From NCBI GenBank assembly GCA_002811645.1, contig PDIP01000022.1:27375-91374 (forward strand): a stretch of DNA of 64,000 nt, given 5' to 3'. This DNA is from Corallochytrium limacisporum Hawaii. Taxonomy: Eukaryota; Protista; Pluriformea. The notes under the pieces are model-generated. The model was not told the DNA's origin. It made no database searches and saw nothing but the letters and a program-made list of their open reading frames with translations. Positions 21,238-31,600 of the stretch are shown here, one piece after another; position 1 is the first letter of the stretch; each line of letters opens with the position of its first letter. A program made the position numbers and the translations under genes.

Positions 21238-22424
21238 AGCGCGACACTCTCCACCACGGGCCGGTGCCGCAACCGAAACCCGACCCACCCCCGACCCCCG
21301 GAGGGGGGGGGCTTCCTTCCTTTCCCCATCGCCACCAACCCTCACAAAAACTGAAACCACCAAAAATACTCTCTCCCCCCAAAAACTCTAAAGATGTTCT
21401 CCCATAACGAATTAACTCATAATAAATGAAGAGAAACATTCCTCTTCTCCCTCTCTCCCCACACACACACACACACACACACGCACGCACACGCACGGCC
21501 CCCCTTCCCCGGGCCCTAAGGGGCACAAAAACCAAAGAAGAAGAAAAAAAAAAAGGGAGAGAGTGAGGGACCCCGCGGGGGGGGGTGGTGGTAAAAACTC
21601 GCAGACCCCCTGTTCGAACCAGCCAATCAAAACCTCCCAGACATCAGCAAAACGCCATGGCAGCAGAGTACGCATGGGACTTTTTCGTGCCGTCCCTCGC
21701 TCTCACCGGCCAGCCCAGTCGCAGGGTCCCCCCTTTTTTCCCTTTTTTTCTTTTTCCTTTTCTCTTTTTTTTTGTTGTTTTTTTTGGTTCTTGGGCTTTT
21801 GTGTAAGATTCTCTCCTCCAAAAAAAAAAAATCAAAAAAAAAAAGGAAAGGCTGGAAACAAAGAAAAACGGCGCCCGCACAAATGACGTGCCCCCCCCCC
21901 CAAAGCGCCAGTTCTGCCAGTTCTGCCAGTGCCGGTGCGTGTGTCAGGCGCTCTGGGCAATGTTTCACCTCTCAGACGGCGCCGCAATTTTTGGGGGAGA
22001 GAGAGAGAGAGAGGGAATTCGCGCAGGTGGACGAAAATTGTGTATTCATATTCAATAATCCGTATATTTTATAAACTATAAATTCATGATATTTTAATAA
22101 TTATATAGATTGCCGTATATAAATAACATGCACACCCGCGGCACCGGTGTGCGTACGTTCTCGGAGTGAGTCTCTCGCTCTCGCTCTCTTGTCCTTTTTT
22201 TTTCCCAATTTTCTCTCCTTTGTCTCCCCTTTTTCTTTTTCCCTTTCGTTTTCGTTGTAGAAATGAAAAACTGCCCTTGGTTTGGTAGGCATTGCTCCGG
22301 TGTGAACCTCTTGCTCCTTTGCCTCCCAGAGAGTCTCTCTCTCTCGTGTGTCGCGGTGGTCGTCATTTCTTCTCTCCATTTTTTTTTTGTTTATTACCCC
22401 AAACCTTCTCACATACACACAAAA

Positions 22425-22427
<3 letters not shown>

Positions 22428-22472
<45 letters not shown>
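22428..22472. repeat. (CT)n microsatellite adjacent to N-gap
   Basis: Seen directly. Confidence 0.9.
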
Positions 22473-22476
<4 letters not shown>

Positions 22477-22558
22477 ACTGTGAGANNNNNNNNNNNNNNN
22501 NNNNNNNNNNNNNNNNNNNNNNNNNNNNNNNNNNNNNNNGCTCCTTTGCCTCCCAGAG

Positions 22559-22593
<35 letters not shown>

Positions 22594-23003
22594 ACTGTGA
22601 GAAAATGGGACCAAAGGACGGGAAAGGGCCGAAAAGGCCCAAACAGAAAAAAAGAAAAAAGAGAGTGAAAAAAGTCAAAACACTGGCCAAGGAAAAGACG
22701 CGGGCCATTCGGGAGGTGAGAATTTTCCTTCGCGGGAAAAGGGGGGGGTTAGAAAGGGAATTTGGCGGGGAAAAAGGAAGGCAGGAGAGGCGGCGGGCAG
22801 CACACACCAAGCACGAAAGAAAGGAAAGAAAGAGAGAGAGAGAGAGAGAGTACTAAGAAAAACCAGAAAACTAAAAAAGTCTCAAAGTAAGGGAGAAAAA
22901 AAGGCGGTTATTGCCGCTGCCGCTGCTGCGCTTGTTTGCTCCTTTGGGCCAAATAGGCCGGCCCGGAGCGAGCGGCCTTTGCGGCGCCAGTTTAACGTAC
23001 GCA

Positions 23004-23067
23004 ACACACACACACACACACGCACACACACACACACACACACGCACACACACACACACACACGCAC
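23004..23067. repeat. Interrupted (AC)n microsatellite
   Basis: Seen directly. Confidence 0.9.
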
Positions 23068-23483
23068 GGGGAGGGAGGGGTGGGGCTGGGGTCCCGCTTT
23101 CGCTTTGAAGGGACAACATGTCTTCAAATATTGAACCTTGTTTTGTTCGTTCTGTTTTTCTTTTTAGGGTTCTCATTGGGGATGGGATCGGGCAGAGTGA
23201 GCATCTGCTGGGTTACTTCAAGAGTGATTCCCGCCATGTAAAGCGGAGCCCGGGACCTGGCACAGGTTAGTGACCGGGGCTACATAGGAACAGCGCCGGA
23301 CAGTACCCACTCCGAAAGAAATAGAGGTCCTGGATCAGGTACCAGTGAGGACCCGGGACAAACGGCACTCTGGGAATTATTGATCTTGCCGTCGGTGGCA
23401 GTTAACAGAACCAACAGCAAAACAAACCTGTTTTGATCAGTAGTTGAAGTCTCTTAGTGATACACAGAACATCGACAACAACT

Positions 23484-24602
23484 ATGGCAGCCATCATGCG
23501 CACAGCACTGCGGCGGTCGCAGCAGCAGGTGTTCAGGGCCAATGCTTTGCGCCCCATGGCCTTGGGAATTGCCATGCGCTCCTACGCAACCCCCGCCGCT
23601 GCAGGAGGGAAGGTTATGACCGTACGTGATGCTCTCAACTCTGCCCTTGACGAAGAGATGAAGCGGGATCCCCTCGTCTACCTGCTCGGTGAGGAAGTCG
23701 CCCAGTACCAAGGTGCCTACAAGATCACCAAGGGTCTGCTCGACAAGTACGGACCAGAGCGAGTGAAGGACACTCCCATCACTGAGGCCGGCTTCTCTGG
23801 TCTCGCCGTCGGATCTGCCTTTGCTGGACTGCGCCCCATCTGTGAGTTCATGACCTTCAACTTTGCTATGCAGGCCATTGATCAGCTGATCAACAGTGCG
23901 GCCAAGACCTACTACATGAGCGGTGGTCAAGTGACCTGCCCGATTGTCTTCCGTGGACCGAACGGGTTTGCTGCCGGTGTTGCTGCCCAGCATAGCCAGG
24001 ACTTCTCGGCGTGGTACGTGAGCTGCCCCGGTATGAAGGTGCTCGCTCCTTACTCTTCCGATGACTGCCGTGGACTGCTCAAGGCTGCGATCAGGGACGA
24101 TAACCCGGTCGTATTCCTGGAACAGGAGCTGCTGTACGGTGACTCATTCGAGGTCAGCGATGAGTGCCTGAGCGAGGACTACCTGATTCCGATCGGCAAG
24201 GCCAAGATTGAGCGGGAGGGTACCGATGTCACGCTCGTGTCCTACAGTCGGAGTGTAGGACTGTGCTTAGACGCGGCAGCGCAATTGGAGCAGAAAGGTG
24301 TGAGCTGTGAGGTTGTGAACCTGCGTTCACTGCGTCCCATGGACACTGAGACCCTCTTCAATTCCGTGAAGAAGACCAACCACTTGATCACGGTCGAATC
24401 TTGCTGGCCCCAGTGCGCGATTGGCTCCGAAATTTGCGCGCAGATCATGGAGAGCGATGCTTTTGATTATCTGGACGCTCCGGTACTGCGCGTTACAGGC
24501 GCGGATGTGCCGACGCCCTACGCGCGGAATTTGGAGGAGAACAGTGTGCCGTCGACAACGAATGTAATTCGCTGCGTAGAATCGGTGCTGAGCCGGGCGT
24601 AA
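23484..24602 (+). CDS. PDHB: Pyruvate dehydrogenase E1 beta subunit, mitochondrial precursor
   Basis: Arg-rich presequence ending MRSYA; [60 protein letters not shown]; first ATG at 23484 (track began at GTG). Confidence 0.97.
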   Translation: MAAIMRTALRRSQQQVFRANALRPMALGIAMRSYATPAAAGGKVMTVRDALNSALDEEMKRDPLVYLLGEEVAQYQGAYKITKGLLDKYGPERVKDTPITEAGFSGLAVGSAFAGLRPICEFMTFNFAMQAIDQLINSAAKTYYMSGGQVTCPIVFRGPNGFAAGVAAQHSQDFSAWYVSCPGMKVLAPYSSDDCRGLLKAAIRDDNPVVFLEQELLYGDSFEVSDECLSEDYLIPIGKAKIEREGTDVTLVSYSRSVGLCLDAAAQLEQKGVSCEVVNLRSLRPMDTETLFNSVKKTNHLITVESCWPQCAIGSEICAQIMESDAFDYLDAPVLRVTGADVPTPYARNLEENSVPSTTNVIRCVESVLSRA

Positions 24603-25043
24603 TGAGACAAATACGAACAGGTGCGCGTGCGTGTTGGCTGCATGTGCCAGACGGACACGAGACTGACACAGCATTGGGACAATTTGGAACTTCGTTGCAT
24701 TTGTGTCATTCGTCGACGACATGCTTCAGCAAGAGTACAACGCTTGCACGACGGCATTGTACCGAAAGCCACACTCAGCACACCGCGGGCAAACATAAAA
24801 GTTCGTCAAGGAAACAAACGGCCGCTTTCGTTCAAGCATCCCATGTCCATAGTATCGAACGCACCGAATTCGTAGAAACTCTTGAGAGAAATATCAACGT
24901 TCATTAAGGACCCAAAAGAAAGTAACATGCTCAAAAATACAAGCACATCTTACTGGAAAACATGACATAAATATGGAAATATGGTTCTGTAACGCTGTAT
25001 TGTAAACTTACGCAGCGGGTCATTTCTTCGTTTCTTCACCTCT

Positions 25044-28000
25044 CTAGTGTTGCGTCAATACCCGCGCGGCAGTGGCTGACCCCACGGTATCGACTCGCGG
25101 ACTGTTGTCCTTCGGAAACTCCAGCTGGCTCTTCGGCCCCCGGATTTCTTCCTCGTCGTCCATGTCTTTCGGCGACCGCTGCTGTTTGTCTGACTCTGAC
25201 TCGGAGGACGCCTCCTGCAGTTGGTAGAGGGCGGCCTCGTCATCTTGCTTCCGGTTTTCAGCCTCCTCTTCCTCCTGCAGCGTCTTCCAGTACTCTCGGG
25301 TCTCCAACAGAACGTCCATGCGATCGTTCAGTTTGGGGAATACAAGCGCTCCAACGCGATACAGGGGTGCGACCATGAAATCAATGAAATTCATGCTAAA
25401 CAGCGGAATGTGGGGTATGTTACGGTCGCTAAAGGCACTAACTTTCATGCCAAGCTGCTTCTCCCGGTCACCCTGAGCAAAAAGTTCGTCCACAACGTGG
25501 TCACTCCAGTACTTCGCCAGGTAGATTGGCCGCAGCGGGTTGCTAATATCTCCCAGTTTCATGAGCAGCTGTAGGACGAGCGTACGGTGCTTCATGTTGT
25601 GCGGGTTGAAGTTGGTGGTCAGCGTCTGGAACTGTCCCATGAAGTCAACGTGGTGTGCCATGTCCGTGGCGAGGATGACGTTAATGCAGACAGAGCGGAA
25701 CTCACGCTTCTCGGCAGGGTTCAGGTTTTCCCATACCGCGCACTCTGGATCCTCCAAGAATTCAAAGAGCGTCGATGCGTGGTGGTTCTCGAGCGGGGAC
25801 CTATCATTGTAACGAATCGCCAGAGTGTCCGAAGTCTGAATGAGGAAATTGTTGGTGTAGCCAGGATGTCCAGCGTCGTGCATCAGTGCAGAAGTGAGCA
25901 GGGCAAACACTTCCAGGGTGGTCAGATACTCATTGGCATCGTGTTCTACCAGAATGAGGAAGATGGCCTGCATAACATCTACAGCGTGCCGGAAGTTGTG
26001 GTACGGATTGGCCTGGTAAGCGGTCTGCGCACGGGTGACCAGGTTGGTCAGCTTCCGAGGGTCCACGTCGTAGACGTCCATAAAGTCAAAGGCATGGAAC
26101 ATGGCTCGCGCGTACTTCGTCAGGTCAGCCTCCGGCACCGAAAAGACATCAAAGCTCCAGCTCTGCAAGTCTTGCAGCAAGGTTGTCGGGTCGACTATGC
26201 CACCGACGGAAGTCCGTGTGCTGGTCGCCGACTGCTGCTGTTGTGCATTGTCAGCCATGAGCTCTGCGCCGTGACCAGCCGGTGGTGATGACAGACTGAC
26301 GGCGGCCATGGACTCACCAAGCGATGAGCCCGGACCGAAAGACGAATGCACCCCGCCGCTGTCGGCGCGGTTGACGCCGGGGTATGCGGGTGAGGTCTCC
26401 GCGTGCCCTCCGGACCTTCGCAAGCGCTCGGCCGCAGCGACCACGTCCGAGGCAGAGATTTCCTCTGCAGTCAGCCCGTGCGAGTGCGCGCCGTAGCCAC
26501 CTCCTGCTGTCGAAGTTGAGTGCACATCCGAGTGCGAAAGTCGGTGGAGTTCCTGTGCGTACTCTTCGGTAGCCAGCTTCTCCAATTTGTGTAGGTCAAC
26601 ATGACTGCTCTGACGTTGCACCGACTGTGCCCGGACCGGGCTCGCTCCATACGAACTGTGTCCCGAGCGTCCGACCGACATCGAGCGCAGCTTGGACCCA
26701 CTGCCAAAGGCGTGCCCGTCACCGGTGCCCGGGGTACCCAGACCGGAAGCCGATAGGCCATGACCACTGCGTGGCGTTCCGGTGCTGTGGGTGCCGACGC
26801 TGCCGCCACCTTCCTCAACTTCTTCGACAGGCAGGAGCTCACCAGCCATGCCCGCGATTTGGTTGACATCCAATTCGAGGGAGATGCGACCTCCAGCAAT
26901 AGAACTGCGCGGTGCCAGGTCCACGCTCGGTGTTTCCACATCGCTGTCCAGCAAATTCTCCATCATCCACGCACGGGTCTCTGGATCCATTTCCTCGTCA
27001 TGAATAGTGCGGCTCATAACGGGTTTATAGAGATCCTGGGCCTTGAGCTCGTCAATGATGTGGTTCAGTGTCTCCTTCACTTCCTCACTGATGCCGCTTG
27101 CCTGCTTCAGATCAGAAATGGTGCGAATGATGATCTGAATGGGCGTGTCCACAACCGTATCAATTTCATCCTTCATGGCGTCCAGTTCCTTGGTAATGTG
27201 CTCCGTCCGGGCCCGTTCGTCCTGCAGCATGGCCGTAAGTTCCCGTTCCTTGCGTTTGCGCCAAATATTCTGCCACACTCCGCGAACAACATCCATGCGC
27301 AAGGGCTTCAACAAGTAGTCGTCTGCTCCCGCAAGGCTTAGTTCCCTGACAAAGTGCTTGAGGTCGTGTGGAACGCTGATCACCACTGCGCAGTGGGCCA
27401 GTCCGGGAATGCGTCCTTCCTTTTTCAGTCTCAGGATGAATTTGCACATCGATGTGCCCACGGCCAGGCTGAGCATGATCAAATCCGGTGATCGCAGCGG
27501 TCCGTGGACCTCAGCGTCGTAGGGTACGGGTTTCCATTCGCCGGTCTCCTTGTCCAGACTCGGTGACGACATCGTGCTCCGGCGGTGATTCGCATGACCC
27601 TTCATATCCCACAGGTGGTCAAGATGAGGGTTACGTGAGTAGCCACCATTGGCGTGGAAAGAACCGCCGCCCTTTTCCTGCGATCCTCGGGACGTCGCCG
27701 TACTGCGGGCAGAGTCGCGGAAACTGCCACCGACCGTGAAGCTGGCACCTTTGGCAGTGGATATGCTGCCATTGGTGCTGAAAGTCTGTGATCCGTGTAG
27801 TCCTGTGACTGTGCTCGCTGCCGATCCCCGGGCCAGAACGCTGTCTGCAGTAGATCTGTTGAGAGAAGAGGGTCGTGATGAGTGCAGGATTGTGCCCTTG
27901 GGCACGGTGTCCCGTGACACGTTGCTATCCCGGGGGCTGCCGGCCCCTGTGTGTTGGAACAAGTCGCCATTACTCGCAGATGTTGCCGTGGTGGGCGTGG

Positions 28001-28676
28001 TTGGGCAGTCTGGAACATCCCCTGGGACGCATTCCGCATCCACGACGGCGGCAAATTCGTCTGGAATACCCAAGTCCAAGGTGGGTAGAACGATGCTCAG
28101 GTGTCCACCACCAGTAGACGCTGTGCTGGCCCGCAGCGACTCTCTGTCCGTGGTGTCATTGGTGGACATTCTTGATGTGGTGCTGTCTCTCAAAATACCG
28201 TCCTTCTTCGATCCGCGCCGGCTGAATGTCGAGCTCTTCGAACTGCTCGACGTGCTGCTATCCCGAAGGTCAAACACGCTCTTGCGTTCCGGTGATTTGT
28301 TCTTCCGAAGATATTTTTGGGCGACCGGGTCCGCGTCACGAAGTGAAAGGTATTCCTCCAACAGTTCAACGGCTACGTCACCTTCGACTCCAAAGGCTTC
28401 CAGGAATCCGAGGAACCCGTCGATAAAGATCAGCTGGTAGGCCATGTGACTGCAAAACTTCGCTAACCGCATACGATCTTCTTCGTTTTCTTCCAGAACG
28501 ACCAACGTAAAAGTTTCCGGTACGGCACTCAGCCTCCGCCCAGGTGCCAAGCTGGCCACACTGTCATGTCGGAAACCACCAAGTTCTTTGTTCCTCTTTT
28601 TGCCGAGGAGCTTTCGCCCTAATGATTTGTGCATCCTGCTGAGGGCACCAGAGGAGCCCTTTTCTTTGCTGTACAT
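25044..28676 (-). CDS. Class I cyclic-nucleotide phosphodiesterase, RegA/PDE8-like, with split N-terminal pseudo-receiver domain, 1210 aa
   Basis: PDEase_I motifs NPYHNFRHAVDV, HDAGHPGYTN, ENHH, LATDM, DISNP, QGDREK; PDE8-like DTPIQIII..LNHIIDELKAQDLYKP; REC motifs PDLIML and AGADDYLLKP. Confidence 0.92.
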   Translation of the reverse strand: MYSKEKGSSGALSRMHKSLGRKLLGKKRNKELGGFRHDSVASLAPGRRLSAVPETFTLVVLEENEEDRMRLAKFCSHMAYQLIFIDGFLGFLEAFGVEGDVAVELLEEYLSLRDADPVAQKYLRKNKSPERKSVFDLRDSSTSSSSKSSTFSRRGSKKDGILRDSTTSRMSTNDTTDRESLRASTASTGGGHLSIVLPTLDLGIPDEFAAVVDAECVPGDVPDCPTTPTTATSASNGDLFQHTGAGSPRDSNVSRDTVPKGTILHSSRPSSLNRSTADSVLARGSAASTVTGLHGSQTFSTNGSISTAKGASFTVGGSFRDSARSTATSRGSQEKGGGSFHANGGYSRNPHLDHLWDMKGHANHRRSTMSSPSLDKETGEWKPVPYDAEVHGPLRSPDLIMLSLAVGTSMCKFILRLKKEGRIPGLAHCAVVISVPHDLKHFVRELSLAGADDYLLKPLRMDVVRGVWQNIWRKRKERELTAMLQDERARTEHITKELDAMKDEIDTVVDTPIQIIIRTISDLKQASGISEEVKETLNHIIDELKAQDLYKPVMSRTIHDEEMDPETRAWMMENLLDSDVETPSVDLAPRSSIAGGRISLELDVNQIAGMAGELLPVEEVEEGGGSVGTHSTGTPRSGHGLSASGLGTPGTGDGHAFGSGSKLRSMSVGRSGHSSYGASPVRAQSVQRQSSHVDLHKLEKLATEEYAQELHRLSHSDVHSTSTAGGGYGAHSHGLTAEEISASDVVAAAERLRRSGGHAETSPAYPGVNRADSGGVHSSFGPGSSLGESMAAVSLSSPPAGHGAELMADNAQQQQSATSTRTSVGGIVDPTTLLQDLQSWSFDVFSVPEADLTKYARAMFHAFDFMDVYDVDPRKLTNLVTRAQTAYQANPYHNFRHAVDVMQAIFLILVEHDANEYLTTLEVFALLTSALMHDAGHPGYTNNFLIQTSDTLAIRYNDRSPLENHHASTLFEFLEDPECAVWENLNPAEKREFRSVCINVILATDMAHHVDFMGQFQTLTTNFNPHNMKHRTLVLQLLMKLGDISNPLRPIYLAKYWSDHVVDELFAQGDREKQLGMKVSAFSDRNIPHIPLFSMNFIDFMVAPLYRVGALVFPKLNDRMDVLLETREYWKTLQEEEEAENRKQDDEAALYQLQEASSESESDKQQRSPKDMDDEEEIRGPKSQLEFPKDNSPRVDTVGSATAARVLTQH

Positions 28677-31600
28677 TTCTGTACTCTGTCTGCGTACGAA
28701 AAAAGTTTTTTTTTACCCTTTGATCTCTTGCGCTTTTCTTGTTATAGACCTTCTTCAAGACTGGGTTCACCTTCAGCACTGACTGCCTTCTTTCGTTTCA
28801 ATTTAAGTTGTCTTCGATTATATATCAGTCAATAAACGAACATGATACTTGACCTTTGGAACCCTTAGAAATTTCTTCCGCAGCTGCCCAATAAAGCAGA
28901 AGTCCACGAACACTCCTGTAACAAAACAATTGTTCCGTCGTCAAGAAAATGCAGTCTTCCGTTCTTACAATTATCGCTTTCGTCGATTTGTCTGTCACTT
29001 CATTTCTTTGCACCACTGGCGATGTTCTCATAGCGTTCGTTCCAAGTTTGTATTTTTGCTTGTCGATTGTTCCGCTATCGTTTCGTTATGCATGCCAATT
29101 TCGTACGATATATTCTTAGTCCCTCATAGGTTGCAAGTCTTTGTATGCATTTATTGAAATAGCAACTAAATGGACTGCATTAAACACCGTAGTGTTTAAC
29201 CGTCATCGTTCTCAATGGACAATTTTCTATTTTTGTTTCTTATTGTTGTGTGCATTGCTATGTGCCCCCGATGGATACCATGAACAATGGGGTTTTCATT
29301 TAATTCGGCTGCTCACATGTTCGCCACGCTTCGACAATACCTTTGGGCCAAAATGCTCATGGGTCCAAAAAGATACTCACGGCACCCACTTTGTTGCGAA
29401 GACACGCAAGACAACCACACACACACACACACCCGGAGCTCCCGGTGTGTACCAAGAAAAGATGAAAAGGACGGGCGAGAGGGAGAGAGAGCCGGGCGGC
29501 AAAAAACCAGAGGCGGCGAAAGGGCAAGTTTGAAGAAAGGGCAGATTTTTTTCCAATTTTCTTCCCTCCAAATAGAGTCAAAATGGAACGAACCAGTCCT
29601 CCCTCTCCCCCTCCCCTCCCTCCTCCCCTTTGTCCGCTATTTAACAACCCTCCTCTCTCTCTCTCTTTTCTCTTCCTTTTTCTACTGCTTGCTCTCTGCC
29701 GGTGGTGTCCAGCCTGCCAACTCTCTCTTTCCGCTCGCTCTTCCCCCCCCCCCTCTCCTCTGGCCCTCTCTCTCGCTCTCTCTTCTCCTCTCCCTCTAAC
29801 TCCCCACCCCCCTCTCTCTCTCCCTTCCCTCCCTCTGGCCCCCGCCCCCTCTAAGACTAAGCGGGAGCGGAAGAGATCCAGGGATCCCACCCCCCTGGCG
29901 GGTTGCTCAGTCTTTTGGGCTGGTGGAACAACTCCCGGGGTTTACAGGCGGTTGTTTTTGTACCGGATCCCACAGAAAGTTTTCTTTTTTGGTTTCGAAT
30001 TGCCACACTCCAAGAGTTTCTGAAAATAAAGGAGGAGTTGGGTTGGGTGTTGGGGGGAGGGGGAGGGGGAGGGAGAGGCCAGGAGTGGCAGCGGGAGATG
30101 GTAGGGGAGGCAGGAGAAGAAGCCCATTCTTCGCAAGAGTAGCACTGATGGGCTAGCTACCATGTCTCTTCTTCCCATTTTTATGTCCAGGAGGGCTGCA
30201 TTTTCTCTCTCTCTCTCTCTCTCCCTCGTTCTCTCGCTCTCTTGTCTTCCTCGCTCTTTGTTTTCGCTCGTTCACTTCCTTTAGATCGATCACTTTTTAC
30301 GCAGAAGGGCCGGGCGCCCGGGCAAGGTGTGAGTTGGGCTGCGAAATAGTAATGTAATAACTATAGAAAGTGGCCCATACCACCCCATGCGGCAAGAGGA
30401 ATCTAACAACATTGTCTTGCTTTGGCTGCGCATCGGGCTGTCGGGGTGCGGCTTTTGCCGGGTCTGCGCTTTTCTCGGTCCTCCCTCGTTCTTTTCCGTC
30501 TCCATCTTTGCGACTACCTCTCGCGGTTCGGCGTATACTCACTTCCAACTCTCACCCGGCTTTTTTTTTGGATTTGGTTATTTTTTTTTTTGAAGAAAAG
30601 GGGGAGGGAGGACAAAAGATTCCGGGTCTTTTCCCCCTTCCCTATCCCTCTCTTCCCTCTCCCTCCCTCTCCTAGAGCTCTGCTCGCCCACTGTCCTTGA
30701 TCTGCCCTCCACCCCTACCCTAGCACCTTGGCCGCGCACTCCCCGCTTTTGCGCGCCGGGAGGGGAGGGGGGGGGCCGCCTCTGAGTTGTCCGTGCGCGT
30801 TGTTGTCCCTTTGCACGAGCTGCCATGATGGAATGAACCCCTCTCCCTCGAAGCGTCCCCAATTAATAGGATACGCTGTCTATGCTATCGTTATAAAGAA
30901 AAACCCGCTGATGCGGCAAATTGAGGAGGAGAGGGGGGGGGGGGTTTTTTTGAAGCAAAGACAACACACTTCTCGGCAACAGGGGAAGAACTGGTACAGA
31001 CTTCCCTCGCCGCTGCGAACACAGATTGCTCCCATGAAAGTATATTCCTATACAGCGTATACTGAGGGAGATCGACGCACGGCCCAAGGGGGTAAAAACT
31101 TTTTCTTACGCTTCTGCATCCTTCGCTTTTCACACACACACACACGCACAAATTCACGTACACGCATGGATGCTCTACGTCTGTACCCTTAGTACATTCG
31201 GTATAGTGTTTCCGCACCACAACCAAATCGACAATTGCGTATGTCCGCATCGCCAGCATCACCCTATGCACTACATGAACACGTAGTGATTGGTATTAGA
31301 CAAATTCCTAGGAAAAGATCATTGTACTACTACCAATTTTCTTCATCATCAGTTTATATGTTAGTTTGAGTACTTTTCTCATTTTCCTTCCTTATATACA
31401 CATATTCTCATCTACATTTTCTTGGTGGACAGCGTGCGATACCGAGAGTATTGGGCTCTCCATCCGCTGTTTACTGTGCTACCTAGTTTGAAGATGGGAG
31501 TTTGTATATTCCTCCGCCCTCCCCAACAAGCCGTGGCTTCCGGGACCATGTCCGTTCAGTACCGCAGAATACGTACCCATAGGTCTAGAAATCAATAGGG

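Noticed and set aside
23220-23400. Possible TPP riboswitch upstream of PDHB (and GCTGAGA at ~43911)
   Set aside because: The conserved UGAGA and CUGAU..AAU..AGCG elements do not co-occur in the right order
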